Of a stretch of DNA of 64,000 nt, positions 37,222 through 47,546 are shown piece by piece. The stretch's first letter is position 1. Every line of letters begins with the position of its first letter. Origin of the DNA: Methanomassiliicoccaceae archaeon (GTDB taxonomy: Archaea > Thermoplasmatota > Thermoplasmata > Methanomassiliicoccales > Methanomassiliicoccaceae). The notes under the pieces were generated by a model that searched no databases, was not told where the DNA came from, and saw nothing but the letters and a program-made list of their open reading frames with translations. The stretch covers positions 160,001 through 224,000 of the forward strand of contig JAXGZN010000001.1 in NCBI GenBank assembly GCA_040776945.1. The letters are read 5' to 3'. Both the position numbers and the translations under genes were made by a program.

Positions 37222-38406
37222 GCACGCGGACCGCAGCGCCTGGTCGAGATCATCCTTCAGGTCCTCGGCGTCCTCGATCCCTACAGACAAGCGGATGAGC
37301 GAGTCCTTGATCCCTAACCTCGCCCGCTCCTCCGGCGGCAACGAGGAATGGGAGGTGTTGAGAGGCATGCTCGCCAGGCTCTCCACCCCTCCCAAGCTGG
37401 TAGCCATCTTGATCAGCTCCATCGACCTGATGGTCCGCTCTGCCGCCATCCTGCCGCCCCTGACCTCAAAGCTCATCATGCCCCCAAAACCGCTCATAAG
37501 CCGCCTCGCCAGCGAATGCTGGGGATGGCTCTCCAGACCAGGATAGTGGACCCTGTCGACCAGGGGATGGTCCTCAAGGAACTCGGCGATGGCCGCTGCG
37601 TTCTCGTTGTGGCGCCCCACCCTCAACGCCAGGGTCTTCATGCCCCTCTCCAACAGGAACGCCACCAGAGGGTCCGCGGAGCCGCCGAGCACGGTGCGCT
37701 TTTCCATCATCGGACCAAGGTCCAGGTCCCTGGTGGCGACCGAACCGGCCAAGAGGTCGGAGTGCCCCCCTAGGTACTTGGTCCCGCTCTCCAGGACCAG
37801 GTCGGCCCCGCTTTCCAGCGGCCTCTGGTTGATGGGGGTGGCGAAGGTGTTGTCCATGAACACAAGTGCACCCCTCTCATGGGCGGCCCGGATCACTTGA
37901 GGATAATCGACCAATTTCAACAGTGGGTTGGTCGGCGACTCCAACCATACCACCTTGGTCTGCGGGGCCATGGCATCGATCAAGGCCTCGGCATCGGCGG
38001 TAGGCGCGAACCTCACGTCGATGTCCAGCGGGGTCAGGTGATGACGGAGGAGGTTGTACGAGCCCCCATAGATGTCCTCCTGAGAGACCACCCGGTCGCC
38101 CGGCCTCAGGAAGGTGAGGAGTGCGGTCGATATCGCGGCCATCCCCGATGCGAAGAGCAGGCACCTCCTTCCTGACTCCAGTTCTGCGATCTTGCGCTCC
38201 GCCGCGACCACCGTGGGGTTGCCATGCCTGGTATAGATATAGGTCCCGTCCGGGACCTCGCCGTTCCAGGTGCGCCGGTCCGATGTCGGGAAAAAGAACG
38301 TGGACGATTGATATATCGGCGTATTGACCGCTCCGATCTCCCTGTCGATGTGCTCGCCCGAGTGCACGGATATCGTGGACAACCCTTTCTGACCGTTCAT
38401 TTGCAT
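37216..38406 (-). CDS. PLP-dependent cystathionine gamma-synthase/methionine gamma-lyase family enzyme
   Basis: PIYQSSTF, YTRHGNPT, ASGMAAI, ESPTNP, DNTFATP, SGTKYLGGHSD, SLGGVESL and RLSVGIED. Confidence 0.9.
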   Translation of the reverse strand: MQMNGQKGLSTISVHSGEHIDREIGAVNTPIYQSSTFFFPTSDRRTWNGEVPDGTYIYTRHGNPTVVAAERKIAELESGRRCLLFASGMAAISTALLTFLRPGDRVVSQEDIYGGSYNLLRHHLTPLDIDVRFAPTADAEALIDAMAPQTKVVWLESPTNPLLKLVDYPQVIRAAHERGALVFMDNTFATPINQRPLESGADLVLESGTKYLGGHSDLLAGSVATRDLDLGPMMEKRTVLGGSADPLVAFLLERGMKTLALRVGRHNENAAAIAEFLEDHPLVDRVHYPGLESHPQHSLARRLMSGFGGMMSFEVRGGRMAAERTIRSMELIKMATSLGGVESLASMPLNTSHSSLPPEERARLGIKDSLIRLSVGIEDAEDLKDDLDQALRSACS

Positions 38407-38443
38407 CGTGTCAAGATATCATCTCGGCCAAGATAGAGATGTA

Positions 38444-39559
38444 CTATTCTCCGCCGCGCTTGACCACGATGGTGACGATGTCCCCGTTCATGAGAAGATG
38501 GTCGGCACCCACGGTCTGCCCGGGGAATTTGGCCGACTCGCCCCACACCGTGGCATAACGAAAGTTCTTCCGGAAGGACCGATGGATGCGGTCGCATAGG
38601 TCGCCGACCGTCGATCCGTTCATGATGACCATCGGTTCGTCCATGTCCGCTTCCTGGCCTTGAGGTTTGAGGAACACGTGGATGAACTCCAGCTTCCTGA
38701 AGATCTCCTCCTTCAGCTCGTCGAGGCCGATGTCCTTGTTGGCCGCCACGTACACCGGGCACCAGGGCTCCATCTTCGCCTTGACCTTGTTCAGGTGCTC
38801 TTCGTCGACCAGATCGATCTTGTTGACCACTACGGCCGATCTGAGATAGACGCGGTTGCCGGTGAGCACGTCGATGAGCTGTTCCTCGTCCACGTCCTCT
38901 CGGATAATGACCTCCGCGTTGATGTGACCGTAGGCCCCGACCATGTCCGCGGCCATCTCCGGGGTGATCTTCGTGAGCGGCACGGTCGGCTTGACCTCTA
39001 TGCCTCCTCGGTCGGTCTTGGTTATGACCACGTTCGGCGGCCTGGCGTTCAGCCTGATGCCGGTGTTGTACAGCTCGTTGACCAGGACATCGATGTTGGT
39101 GTCATAGACATCGATCACGAATAGAATGAGGTCGGAGGTGCGGACGACGGCGAGTACCTCCCTTCCCCGCCCTTTGCCCCGGGAGGCATCGCGGATTAGG
39201 CCGGGCATATCCAGGATCTGTATCTTGGCATATTTGTGATACATGATGCCCGGGATCACGTCCAGAGTGGTGAAGGCGTACGCGGCGACCTCGCTCTTGG
39301 CCCCCGTGAGCTTGTTAAGGAGCGTGGACTTGCCGACGCTCGGAAAACCGACCAGCGCGACCGTGGCATTGCCTGACTTCTTCACCGAGTAGCCTTGCCC
39401 TCCGCCCCCCGACGCGGCCCGGCGCTTCTCCTGCTCCATCCTGAGCCGGGCGATCTTGGCCTTCAGAAGACCTATGTGGCTCTCGGTCTTCTTGTTCTTC
39501 TGCGTCTTGAGGATCTCGTCCTCGATCGCTTTGATCTGCTCATCTATGGTAAGGGCCAC
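38444..39559 (-). CDS. DRG/Rbg-family (OBG class) GTPase with TGS domain
   Basis: TQKNKKTE.H.G.LKAK, GFPSVGKST, YAFTT, DMPG, NKID and C-terminal TGS; GTG start with GGTGA SD. Confidence 0.93.
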   Translation of the reverse strand: MALTIDEQIKAIEDEILKTQKNKKTESHIGLLKAKIARLRMEQEKRRAASGGGGQGYSVKKSGNATVALVGFPSVGKSTLLNKLTGAKSEVAAYAFTTLDVIPGIMYHKYAKIQILDMPGLIRDASRGKGRGREVLAVVRTSDLILFVIDVYDTNIDVLVNELYNTGIRLNARPPNVVITKTDRGGIEVKPTVPLTKITPEMAADMVGAYGHINAEVIIREDVDEEQLIDVLTGNRVYLRSAVVVNKIDLVDEEHLNKVKAKMEPWCPVYVAANKDIGLDELKEEIFRKLEFIHVFLKPQGQEADMDEPMVIMNGSTVGDLCDRIHRSFRKNFRYATVWGESAKFPGQTVGADHLLMNGDIVTIVVKRGGE

Positions 39560-39563
39560 GCGT

Positions 39564-40508
39564 TCACCGGTCGACGATTTGGGTTCCCGCCTTACTTGAC
39601 AATGCCGTATGTAAAAGTTCCGGTCTGGTGATGATGGCCTTGCGGCCCCCGGCACGAACAAAGGCTATGGCCGCCTCTACCTTAGGACCCATGGAGCCAG
39701 CATAGAAATGCCCCTCTCTTAGATAGCGCTCTGCCTCGTCAGCGGTGATCTCGCCCAGCAGCCTCTCCCTAGGAGAACCATGCTCCAGATATACGCCGTC
39801 CACATCCGTAAGCATGATCAGAAGGTCGACCTTCATGCCCTTGGCCAGACAGGCCGAGGCTAGGTCTTTGTCCACCACCGCCTCCACTCCCACGAGACGA
39901 CCATCCTGCCTCACCACCGGTATGCCTCCTCCGCCGGCGGCGATGACCAGGTCTCTGCCGCTGCATATGAGCCTGGAGATCGGCGCTGCCTCGACTATCT
40001 CCACTGGTCGGGGCGATGGCACGACGCGGCACCATCCGCCCCTGGCGCGGTCCTCCCTCATCACGCATCCGGTGGACAGCTCCATCTGCTCGGCCTCAGC
40101 GGCAGTATAGTAAGGCCCTATCGGCTTGGAGGGGCGGGAGAAGGCCTCATCGCCCGGATCTACGATCACGCGGGTCAACATGCATAGGACCGTCCGCTGG
40201 CAGCGGATCGTCTCTAGCTCTTCTGTGAGCGCTTGCTGGAACAGGTAGCCGATCATTCCCTGAGACTGGGCCACGCATACGTCCAATGGCATCGGTGGGA
40301 CCTCATACTTGGCCGCCTCGTTCTGAAGAAGGATGTCGCCCACCTGTGGACCGTTGCCATGGCTCAGGCTGATATTGTAACCGCCAGAGACCATGGCGGC
40401 TATGTGCTTGCTTATGCTCCTAAGGTTCTGCAACTGGTTATCCATCGTCGGCAGCTGCCCTCTTTTTAGGATGGCATTGCCGCCGACCGCCACGACCGCG
40501 GTCGTCAT
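39564..40508 (-). CDS. arcC: Carbamate kinase (copy 1)
   Basis: AVGGNAI, HGNGPQVG, PSKPIGP, RVVPSP, GGGGIPV, EAVVDKD and GSMGPK. Confidence 0.93.
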   Translation of the reverse strand: MTTAVVAVGGNAILKRGQLPTMDNQLQNLRSISKHIAAMVSGGYNISLSHGNGPQVGDILLQNEAAKYEVPPMPLDVCVAQSQGMIGYLFQQALTEELETIRCQRTVLCMLTRVIVDPGDEAFSRPSKPIGPYYTAAEAEQMELSTGCVMREDRARGGWCRVVPSPRPVEIVEAAPISRLICSGRDLVIAAGGGGIPVVRQDGRLVGVEAVVDKDLASACLAKGMKVDLLIMLTDVDGVYLEHGSPRERLLGEITADEAERYLREGHFYAGSMGPKVEAAIAFVRAGGRKAIITRPELLHTALSSKAGTQIVDR

Positions 40509-40598
40509 ATCCGTCCACGTTGCTACCTTCCCATCCATTGAAAAAGGTTGCCCAGTCCAAGCATAGATTTTAAACCCATATGGGCATGCCTTAGGCCG

Positions 40599-41588
40599 AT
40601 GTCAGTGTTGGACGACCTCAAGGGTCGGTTTCTCAAGTTCCGCTCCAACAGATACGCGATCTATGTCGGCCTGGTCCTGACCTTTTTCGTGTGCACGCTG
40701 CTGCTCCTCTACTCATCCTACCTGATATGCTTCGGCCTCCTCCTGGTGGCCCTGGCCGGCTATTACATTCCGGTCCTGTTCGGGATGCGGTCCAGAAAGA
40801 AGCTGGCCGCATGGGGCCTTATCTTGGTCGTGCTCCTGTCCGTCCCTTATACGATGGCCACGATAGAACAGCAGAAGAGCGCTGAGAACATCAGGATCGG
40901 CACTGCCGATGGCTCCATGGTCAATGGCACGGTGACCCCTTTCTATGGCAACGCGTCGACGGTCCACGTGTTCAGCATCGAGGTGACCAACAGCTCGTAC
41001 ACCGACGTGCGCGTCCTGGTGTATGACATTCGCACTTACTCGATGGACGTGAACGCGACCATGGAGCCATCGCAGAACGGAACGCTATTTACCTACAGCA
41101 CCATGCTGAAGAACCAGACCAATTACGGATACCGGTTCGAGGCAAACACCAGTGAAGGGATGAAGGCCACGAGGACAGACAACTTCGGTCCGATGCACAT
41201 GAACGATGCAGAGATGTACGGGTACTTGTTCCCCTTGATACTGGTGGTGGTGCTCATCGAGGTGGGGGTCCTTTACTTCCTCCTCCTGATAATGGGCTTC
41301 TGGATGGAGCGTACCAAAGTAAAAGTGGCCGAGGCTCAGAAACAGCGGCCTAATGTTACCCTGCCGCCAGGTAAGGGCGGGAAAGAGGAAAGGTTCGTAT
41401 GCTCCGAGTGCGGGGCCGAGGTGTCGGACAGCGCCGATCGGTGCCCTCAGTGCGGGGAAAGGTTCGACGAGCCAAAGGACGAGACGAAGCGTCCGAAGAA
41501 GGACGAGTTCGTCTGCACCGAGTGCGGCGCGACCGTGGACGAGAACGCCTTGACGTGCTGGAACTGCGGGAAGGAGTTCGAGAACTGA
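40599..41588 (+). CDS. Membrane protein with an extracellular beta-rich domain and two C-terminal zinc ribbons
   Basis: Three N-terminal TMs, an N-x-S/T-rich loop, a fourth TM, then CSECG...CPQCG and CTECG...CWNCG. Confidence 0.8.
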   Translation: MSVLDDLKGRFLKFRSNRYAIYVGLVLTFFVCTLLLLYSSYLICFGLLLVALAGYYIPVLFGMRSRKKLAAWGLILVVLLSVPYTMATIEQQKSAENIRIGTADGSMVNGTVTPFYGNASTVHVFSIEVTNSSYTDVRVLVYDIRTYSMDVNATMEPSQNGTLFTYSTMLKNQTNYGYRFEANTSEGMKATRTDNFGPMHMNDAEMYGYLFPLILVVVLIEVGVLYFLLLIMGFWMERTKVKVAEAQKQRPNVTLPPGKGGKEERFVCSECGAEVSDSADRCPQCGERFDEPKDETKRPKKDEFVCTECGATVDENALTCWNCGKEFEN

Positions 41589-41648
41589 TGCCGTTGTCGG
41601 CACCCCGCGGTGAAACCTTATAAAACCCCTTAACTTTGAGGTTACGGG

Positions 41649-43643
41649 ATGCCCTCTACTACCGCGCATAAGCTGGCCAAAGGCCAGAAGGAGATCTCGG
41701 TGTCCGAGTTCTTCGAGAAGAACCGTCAGATCCTGGGCTTCGACTCTCCGGTCAAATCGCTCATCATGGGCGTCAAGGAGGCGGTGGACAACGCCCTCGA
41801 CGCCTGCGAGGAGGCCCAGATGTTACCTGAAATCGTGGTCAGGATCGACAAGATCGACCAGAAGGAGTACCGCGTCAGCGTGGAGGACAATGGTCCGGGG
41901 ATCGTGTCCACCTCCATGCCCAACGTTTTCGGCCGGCTTCTGTACGGCTCGAGGTTCCATGCGGTCAGGCAGTCCCGGGGTCAGCAGGGCATCGGAATCT
42001 CCGCGACCATCATGTACGGTCAGATCACCACCGGCAAGGCGGCCACAGCCCGCTCGAAGGTGGAAGGGGCGGAAGCGGCCAAGGAGATCGACATCATTAT
42101 AGACACAAAGAAGAACGCCCCCGTGCTGCTCAGGGAGGACTTCATACCTTGGAACGAGAAGGAGCATGGCACCCGGGTAGCGTTCTACATGAACGGACGC
42201 TATGTCACAGGCAAGCAGTCGGTGCTTGAATACCTGAGGCAAACGGCCATAGTGAACCCCCACGCCAGCATAACCTTTATCGACCCGGACGGCAGGCGGT
42301 ACAACTTTGAGCGGGCGACCGAGCAGATGCCGCCTCTTTCCAAGGAGATAAAACCGCACCCGGACGGCATCGAACTCGGTACGCTAATGAACATGATCAA
42401 AGCCACCAAGGAGAAGACACTGGTCAAGTTCCTGCAGAACGATTTCAACCGGATCTCGGAAAGGGTGGCCAAGGAGATCTGCGCGGCTGCGGCGCTGCCC
42501 GAGAGCACAAGGCCCTCAAACCTTACCCTGGAATCGTCCAAACAGCTGCTGGAGGGCATGGGAAAGGTCAAGATCATGGCGCCGCAGGTGGACTGCCTGT
42601 CGCCCATCGGAGGGAACCTCATCCGCAAGGGCCTTAAGCATGTCCTGATGGACATCAAGCCGGAATTCTACGCGCCGCCCATCAGCAGGGAGCCCAAGGT
42701 GCACACCGGAAATCCGTTCCTGATCGAGGTCGGCATAGTATATGGCGGGGACATGCCGTCAGACCAGCCGGTCCAGATATTGAGGTTCGCCAACCGCGTG
42801 CCCCTGTTGTACCAACAGGGAGCTTGCGTGATAACTAAGGCCATCGAGAGCACCGACTGGAGGCGCTACGGCCTGGAGCAAAGAGGGGGCTCGGGGATAC
42901 CGTTCGGCCCGGCCATCATCCTGGTGCATGTCGCCTCCACCAAGATACCTTTCACCTCCGAGGCCAAGGAGGCCATCGCCTCGGTCCCCGCGATCCAGGA
43001 GGAGATCGCCCTTGCGCTCAAGGCGTGTGGCCGCAGCCTGAAGACGCACCTGAACAAGAAGGAAAGGAAGACCAGGACGCGCTCCAAGTTCGAGATCGTC
43101 CAGATCATAATCCCGCTGATGGCCGAGAAGACCGCCAAGATCGTCGGCAAGCCCGTTCCGGACCTTAGGGGAACGCTCACGAAGATCATGAATGTGGTGT
43201 GGATCGATGATTCGGTAATTTATGAGAAGAAACGGCACCGGGTGAAGGTGCAGGTGTACAACTACACTCCCAAGCAACAGAGGTTCAAGGTGCACACCGT
43301 CCTGCCCAAGGGAGGCTTGGACCTGGCGTCGTGCAGCCTGAGGCCCTCGGAGATCAAGGATGACGAGAAGATCACCTGGGAGCTGCCTAAGATCGCCTCC
43401 ACGGCCCTGTACGAGATCAGCTTCGAGCTGAAGGGCCTGGACCAGGACGCCTTCTCCGAGACCGAACTGTATGTCTCTGGCATCAACCCGGTGGACGTGA
43501 TGGGCGCCGATCCGCTCCCCGGTGACTGGGACCTCGAAGGGGTGAACTTCACCGAGACCGAGGCGCCGGCAGCGGAGAAGGCCGAGGACGAGGAGGACGA
43601 GCCGGATTACGACGAGTCGGGAGAGGAGCTCAATGACGAATAA
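41649..43643 (+). CDS. top6B: DNA topoisomerase VI subunit B
   Basis: SVSEFFEKN, KEAVDNALDA, EDNGPGI, SRGQQGIG, RFANRVPLLY and STKIPF. Confidence 0.96.
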   Translation: MPSTTAHKLAKGQKEISVSEFFEKNRQILGFDSPVKSLIMGVKEAVDNALDACEEAQMLPEIVVRIDKIDQKEYRVSVEDNGPGIVSTSMPNVFGRLLYGSRFHAVRQSRGQQGIGISATIMYGQITTGKAATARSKVEGAEAAKEIDIIIDTKKNAPVLLREDFIPWNEKEHGTRVAFYMNGRYVTGKQSVLEYLRQTAIVNPHASITFIDPDGRRYNFERATEQMPPLSKEIKPHPDGIELGTLMNMIKATKEKTLVKFLQNDFNRISERVAKEICAAAALPESTRPSNLTLESSKQLLEGMGKVKIMAPQVDCLSPIGGNLIRKGLKHVLMDIKPEFYAPPISREPKVHTGNPFLIEVGIVYGGDMPSDQPVQILRFANRVPLLYQQGACVITKAIESTDWRRYGLEQRGGSGIPFGPAIILVHVASTKIPFTSEAKEAIASVPAIQEEIALALKACGRSLKTHLNKKERKTRTRSKFEIVQIIIPLMAEKTAKIVGKPVPDLRGTLTKIMNVVWIDDSVIYEKKRHRVKVQVYNYTPKQQRFKVHTVLPKGGLDLASCSLRPSEIKDDEKITWELPKIASTALYEISFELKGLDQDAFSETELYVSGINPVDVMGADPLPGDWDLEGVNFTETEAPAAEKAEDEEDEPDYDESGEELNDE

Positions 43644-44736
43644 TGAACGCAACACCGAGGCCATAAAGCGGCTCTATTCCATCTCCGAGTCCATCTATGA
43701 GCAGTTGGACAAGGGACAGATACCCAAGATGGTCCTGCCCTTGAGGACCAAGGCCAACATCAAGTTCGATGCGCGCACCAACGTGTGGAAGTACGGCAGC
43801 CTGAGGGGAGCCCGCAGTGCCAAGAAGGTCAAGGGGGCCATGATGCTCCTGCGCACCTCGTACATGCTGGAGCTCATCCAAGAGATGATCGAGACCAACA
43901 AGTCCTCGACGCTCAGGGAAGCCTACTACATCTCTGAGGGTTGGGGGAAAGCGAAGTTCCATTCCCAGGACGAGTCGAACTTGCTGACCGAGGACCTTGA
44001 GATCGTGACCCAGTGCCTGCGCGAGGATTTCAAGCTCCGTCCGGAGGAGAACGGGGCGAGCATCATCGGCGACATAAACATCGTGGAGACGGACCGCAAG
44101 GGCCGCAAGAAGGCGGTCAACTGCCGCGACGACGTGGGCGACTCCGGGTACGGGATACCGTACAACGTGGAGAAGGAGAAGATCGAGATCAAGAACACCT
44201 CGGCGAGGTTCGTGGTGGCGGTGGAGACGGGAGGCATGTTCGACCGGCTGGTGGAGAACGGCTTCGATGAGGACCAGAACGCCATCCTGGTGCACCTCAA
44301 GGGGCAGCCGGCCCGCTCCACCCGGAGGTTCATCCGCCGGCTCAACGACGAACTGCGCCTGCCGGTCATCGTCTTCACCGACGGCGACCCCTGGTCGTTC
44401 CGCATCTATGCGTCGGTGGCATACGGGGCGATCAAGACCGCTCACCTGTCCGAGTACCTCGCTACGCCAACGGCGGAGTTCATCGGGATCACCGCCTCGG
44501 ACATCGAGAACTACGATCTGCCGACTGACAAGCTGACGGACATGGACACCCGGGCGCTCAACGCAGAGCTCAAGGACCCGAGGTTCAATACCGCCTTTTG
44601 GAAGGGAGAGATAGATCTCATGCTGAAGCTCGGCCGGAAGTCGGAGCAGCAGGCGTTGGCGAAATACGGCCTGAACTTCGTCACCGACACCTACCTGCCG
44701 GACAAGCTCAACGAGCTGGGCCTCCTGAAGAAATGA
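43633..44736 (+). CDS. top6A: DNA topoisomerase VI subunit A
   Basis: STLREAYY catalytic Tyr, VETGG, KGQP, TDGDP and KSEQQAL. Confidence 0.96.
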   Translation: MTNNERNTEAIKRLYSISESIYEQLDKGQIPKMVLPLRTKANIKFDARTNVWKYGSLRGARSAKKVKGAMMLLRTSYMLELIQEMIETNKSSTLREAYYISEGWGKAKFHSQDESNLLTEDLEIVTQCLREDFKLRPEENGASIIGDINIVETDRKGRKKAVNCRDDVGDSGYGIPYNVEKEKIEIKNTSARFVVAVETGGMFDRLVENGFDEDQNAILVHLKGQPARSTRRFIRRLNDELRLPVIVFTDGDPWSFRIYASVAYGAIKTAHLSEYLATPTAEFIGITASDIENYDLPTDKLTDMDTRALNAELKDPRFNTAFWKGEIDLMLKLGRKSEQQALAKYGLNFVTDTYLPDKLNELGLLKK

Positions 44737-45139
44737 GGTTGGCCGTCCTCTTTTTTCAATTTTCTCCCAACTCCATGATCAGGCATAGCCTCGGCCGAAT
44801 GTGATGACCGGTCTCAATGCCCTTCCGGGCCGATCCGTTCACAGCACATTGTCCATCTATGAAGGCAAAGGGCGTGTAAGTGGGGGGGGGCTGAAATGAC
44901 CCATGAAGGTGGAAGGGGCAGTGATCGCAGAGGGTCCGACCGCCACTGGAATGTTATTCTGCGGCCCTTTATGGCAAAGGAGGGTCCGTTGCTCCTGAAC
45001 GTCGGGGGCGCTTTCGCTGACGAGCTTTTTGCCGTAAGCTGACCAGCGATATCATTGGGGTCCATGAAATGCGCGCTTTTTTCCTGAACCATCGGGAGGG
45101 GATCGAATCGTTGGGACCGGTACAGCGATCGCCTGCGGC

Positions 45140-46684
45140 CTACTTTCCCGCTTCCCTGATCCGGCCGAGCACGAAGTCCCGGTCCAACGTCGAAAGGAAG
45201 AACCCGAGCCTCGGCCCTTGTTTCTGGTCGCAGAAGATGCGGTAAAGCGTCTGGAACCCTCCCCGGGCGCCGATGGCCGCACCCTTGGCGCAGCCGTACA
45301 TGGCATCGTGGATCCTCTCGCCCTTCCATTCCACCCCTTCCATAGCCGCCAAGAGGTCGCGCAGGAAGGTCTTCTCCTGCTCCGTGAGCTCGCATGCAGG
45401 CATTGCCTCACACACCGCGAACTTGACCTCGTTGGGAGCGAAGGAGTCGAGCCAGTAGCGGACACAGTCGACCCTCTGCTTCAAGATGCCCATGTCCTCA
45501 GGGGAGACGGAGTCGTCGATGGCGCCCATGCGCCTGAGAACGGAGAGCACGCCGTCGAAGCCGTCGGTGATCTGCACCAGCGATACCAGGTGACGGTACG
45601 GTACCTGCAGTGGCAGCTTGGAGCGCGGACCTTCGGGCTGCGACAGCTCGTACCCGCGCAGCAGGTCCCTGTCCCTCTCCTCGCATCCCCCGCAGTAGTA
45701 CATGTTCTCCACACGGTCGTACTCATCGACCATGTCCAATATGCCCAACCCGGCGTCGTAGTCGATGTGGCGGTTGGGGTTCACCCGGAGCACGATGTAG
45801 TTCATCACCGAGGCCGGGGTGATCCTAAGGGCATCAACGCCGGTGACCGAGGAGCCAGTGGACTTGTGCATCTGTCCCTTGCCCTTCAGCTGCACGAACT
45901 CGTAGGGAATGGGGTGCGGGGGATCTATGCCGAAGACCTCTCTGGCCAGCCTCACCCCGGTATCATAGGACCCGCCGGCCGCGGCATGGTCTTTACCGAA
46001 CGGCTCGCAGGTGACGCCGAAGACCTTCCACTTGGCGGCCCACTCCACCCGCCAGGGCATCTTGCCGTCCGCCCTCCTGATGTCCGCTCTGCCATGATGG
46101 CCGCAGGCGCAGGTGTACGACACGTACGGGAACTCGTACCCCTCGACCTTGGCGTGGGTGAGCCGCCCGCACTCGGAGCAGCGCGGCGAGTAAGGATAGA
46201 AGCCCTTGGGAACGTCCCGGCCGGAGACCTCCTTGAGGATCTGCGTTACAAGGTCCTTCTTTGTGATGGCCATGTCGATGACCTCGGCGAACTTGCCCTG
46301 CTCATATTGCTCGTGGGTCCACAGCACGTCGCAATGGATGCCAAGTTCCTTGATGGAGTCCAGGAACGGCTGGATGTAATGCTGGGCGTAGTTCTTGTGC
46401 TCACCGCAGGGACATGGAATGTATGCCAGCGCCCGTCCGACCTCGGCCTCAAAGCTCTCCGGCAGGAAGGGATACCGCTTGCGAAGGGGATCGAAGGAAT
46501 CGACCAGATAGATCATGCGGACGTTCGCTCCCAGCTTGGCGACCGCCTTCCTTACTGCCTCAGCGGTTATGGCCTCCCTCAAAGTACCGACATGCAAGGT
46601 GCCGGATGGGGTGATGCCGGTATTGATGAGATGTATGCTGCCCTTTTGCAGCAGGGTATTGGCCTCTACGTCTGCCCAGTGCAT
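45140..46684 (-). CDS. lysS: Class I lysyl-tRNA synthetase
   Basis: MHWAD, GITPSG.LHVG.LRE, GKMPWRVEW, EPFGKDH, MHKSTG and GPRLG. Confidence 0.95.
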   Translation of the reverse strand: MHWADVEANTLLQKGSIHLINTGITPSGTLHVGTLREAITAEAVRKAVAKLGANVRMIYLVDSFDPLRKRYPFLPESFEAEVGRALAYIPCPCGEHKNYAQHYIQPFLDSIKELGIHCDVLWTHEQYEQGKFAEVIDMAITKKDLVTQILKEVSGRDVPKGFYPYSPRCSECGRLTHAKVEGYEFPYVSYTCACGHHGRADIRRADGKMPWRVEWAAKWKVFGVTCEPFGKDHAAAGGSYDTGVRLAREVFGIDPPHPIPYEFVQLKGKGQMHKSTGSSVTGVDALRITPASVMNYIVLRVNPNRHIDYDAGLGILDMVDEYDRVENMYYCGGCEERDRDLLRGYELSQPEGPRSKLPLQVPYRHLVSLVQITDGFDGVLSVLRRMGAIDDSVSPEDMGILKQRVDCVRYWLDSFAPNEVKFAVCEAMPACELTEQEKTFLRDLLAAMEGVEWKGERIHDAMYGCAKGAAIGARGGFQTLYRIFCDQKQGPRLGFFLSTLDRDFVLGRIREAGK

Positions 46685-46819
46685 GATATCGACCATTCGC
46701 GAAAACAAAGCACCATAATTAAACTATCTCGCCGTCGCCGCAACGAGATCAAGTCACGTTGAAATATCGAACGAGCTAGAGAAAATGGGATATGCATGAA
46801 GGGACCATAATAAGTATTT

Positions 46820-47176
46820 ATGTCGACCTTGCCAATGATCAGGAACATCGCGGTCGAGAGAGCCAGGGAGCTTCAGGAACATTGTCCTGAGGCTCAGGTC
46901 ACCCATGAGCTGTTGGAGGACCGCGCCATAATATCGGTCCGCCTTCACGACAGGATTTTGGAGACCGATTTCATCGAGTCACGCCGCTCGATATCGCATC
47001 CGCGAAGGAGCAATGAATACTACGACGTGCTGGCGCAGGGCATCAAGCTTGGGATCCTGGTGCCCCGCAGGGACGTGGAAGGAGAGAAGGTAAAAATGAA
47101 GAGAGTGAAAGGCCCGGACCGCCTTGTGGTCATCGGGTACGATGAGGAGTTCGGCTATCGTCCTGCGATCATCTAG
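46820..47176 (+). CDS. Hypothetical protein (118 aa)
   Basis: Fills the gap between lysS and Sec61beta with protein-like composition; no family recognised. Confidence 0.6.
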   Translation: MSTLPMIRNIAVERARELQEHCPEAQVTHELLEDRAIISVRLHDRILETDFIESRRSISHPRRSNEYYDVLAQGIKLGILVPRRDVEGEKVKMKRVKGPDRLVVIGYDEEFGYRPAII

Positions 47177-47227
47177 GCCGTACCTCAAAATATTTAATAT
47201 CCGGAGCGTTTCTGGAGGTTTGAGCAT

Positions 47228-47398
47228 ATGCCTCCGAAGAGCAAGAAGAACACGGGGTTCCAGTCTGCCGCCGGCCTTATCCGCTATTTTGACAACGAGG
47301 CCGAGAAAGGGCCGGTGCTGAAGCCCTGGTACGTCGTTGGCGGGATCGTCGCCATCGTGGTCATAGTATCCCTGGCCAAGGTCATCTGGCCGATGTGA
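47228..47398 (+). CDS. secG: Preprotein translocase subunit Sec61beta (archaeal SecG)
   Basis: Missing from the ORF track (56 aa): MPPKSKKNTGFQSAAGLIRYFDNEAEKGPVLKPWYVVGGIVAIVVIVSLAKVIWPM, with the AGLIRYF motif and one TM. Confidence 0.9.
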   Translation: MPPKSKKNTGFQSAAGLIRYFDNEAEKGPVLKPWYVVGGIVAIVVIVSLAKVIWPM

Positions 47399-47546
47399 TC
47401 GCTCCACCGTCCCAGCGGCCCAAGCCCTTTGCCTATAAACCGAATTATCTGCAGTTCATGCTTGCAGGCCGGCCGGTCCACGGTCAGCTACCGGCTTGGA
47501 AATCATTAAATCGGAGGTTCATGGTCCCAGGTCGAGTGAACATCAT

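Noticed and set aside
44737-45139. 400-bp gap between top6A and lysS with short ORFs and a G9 run
   Set aside because: I found no recognisable protein motif, promoter or convincing RNA structure, so it is left unexplained.
45218-46762. Long antisense ORFs (for example 514 aa opposite lysS, 486 aa at 30259-31719, 396 aa opposite hisS)
   Set aside because: These are shadow ORFs expected from GC-rich codon usage opposite well-supported genes.
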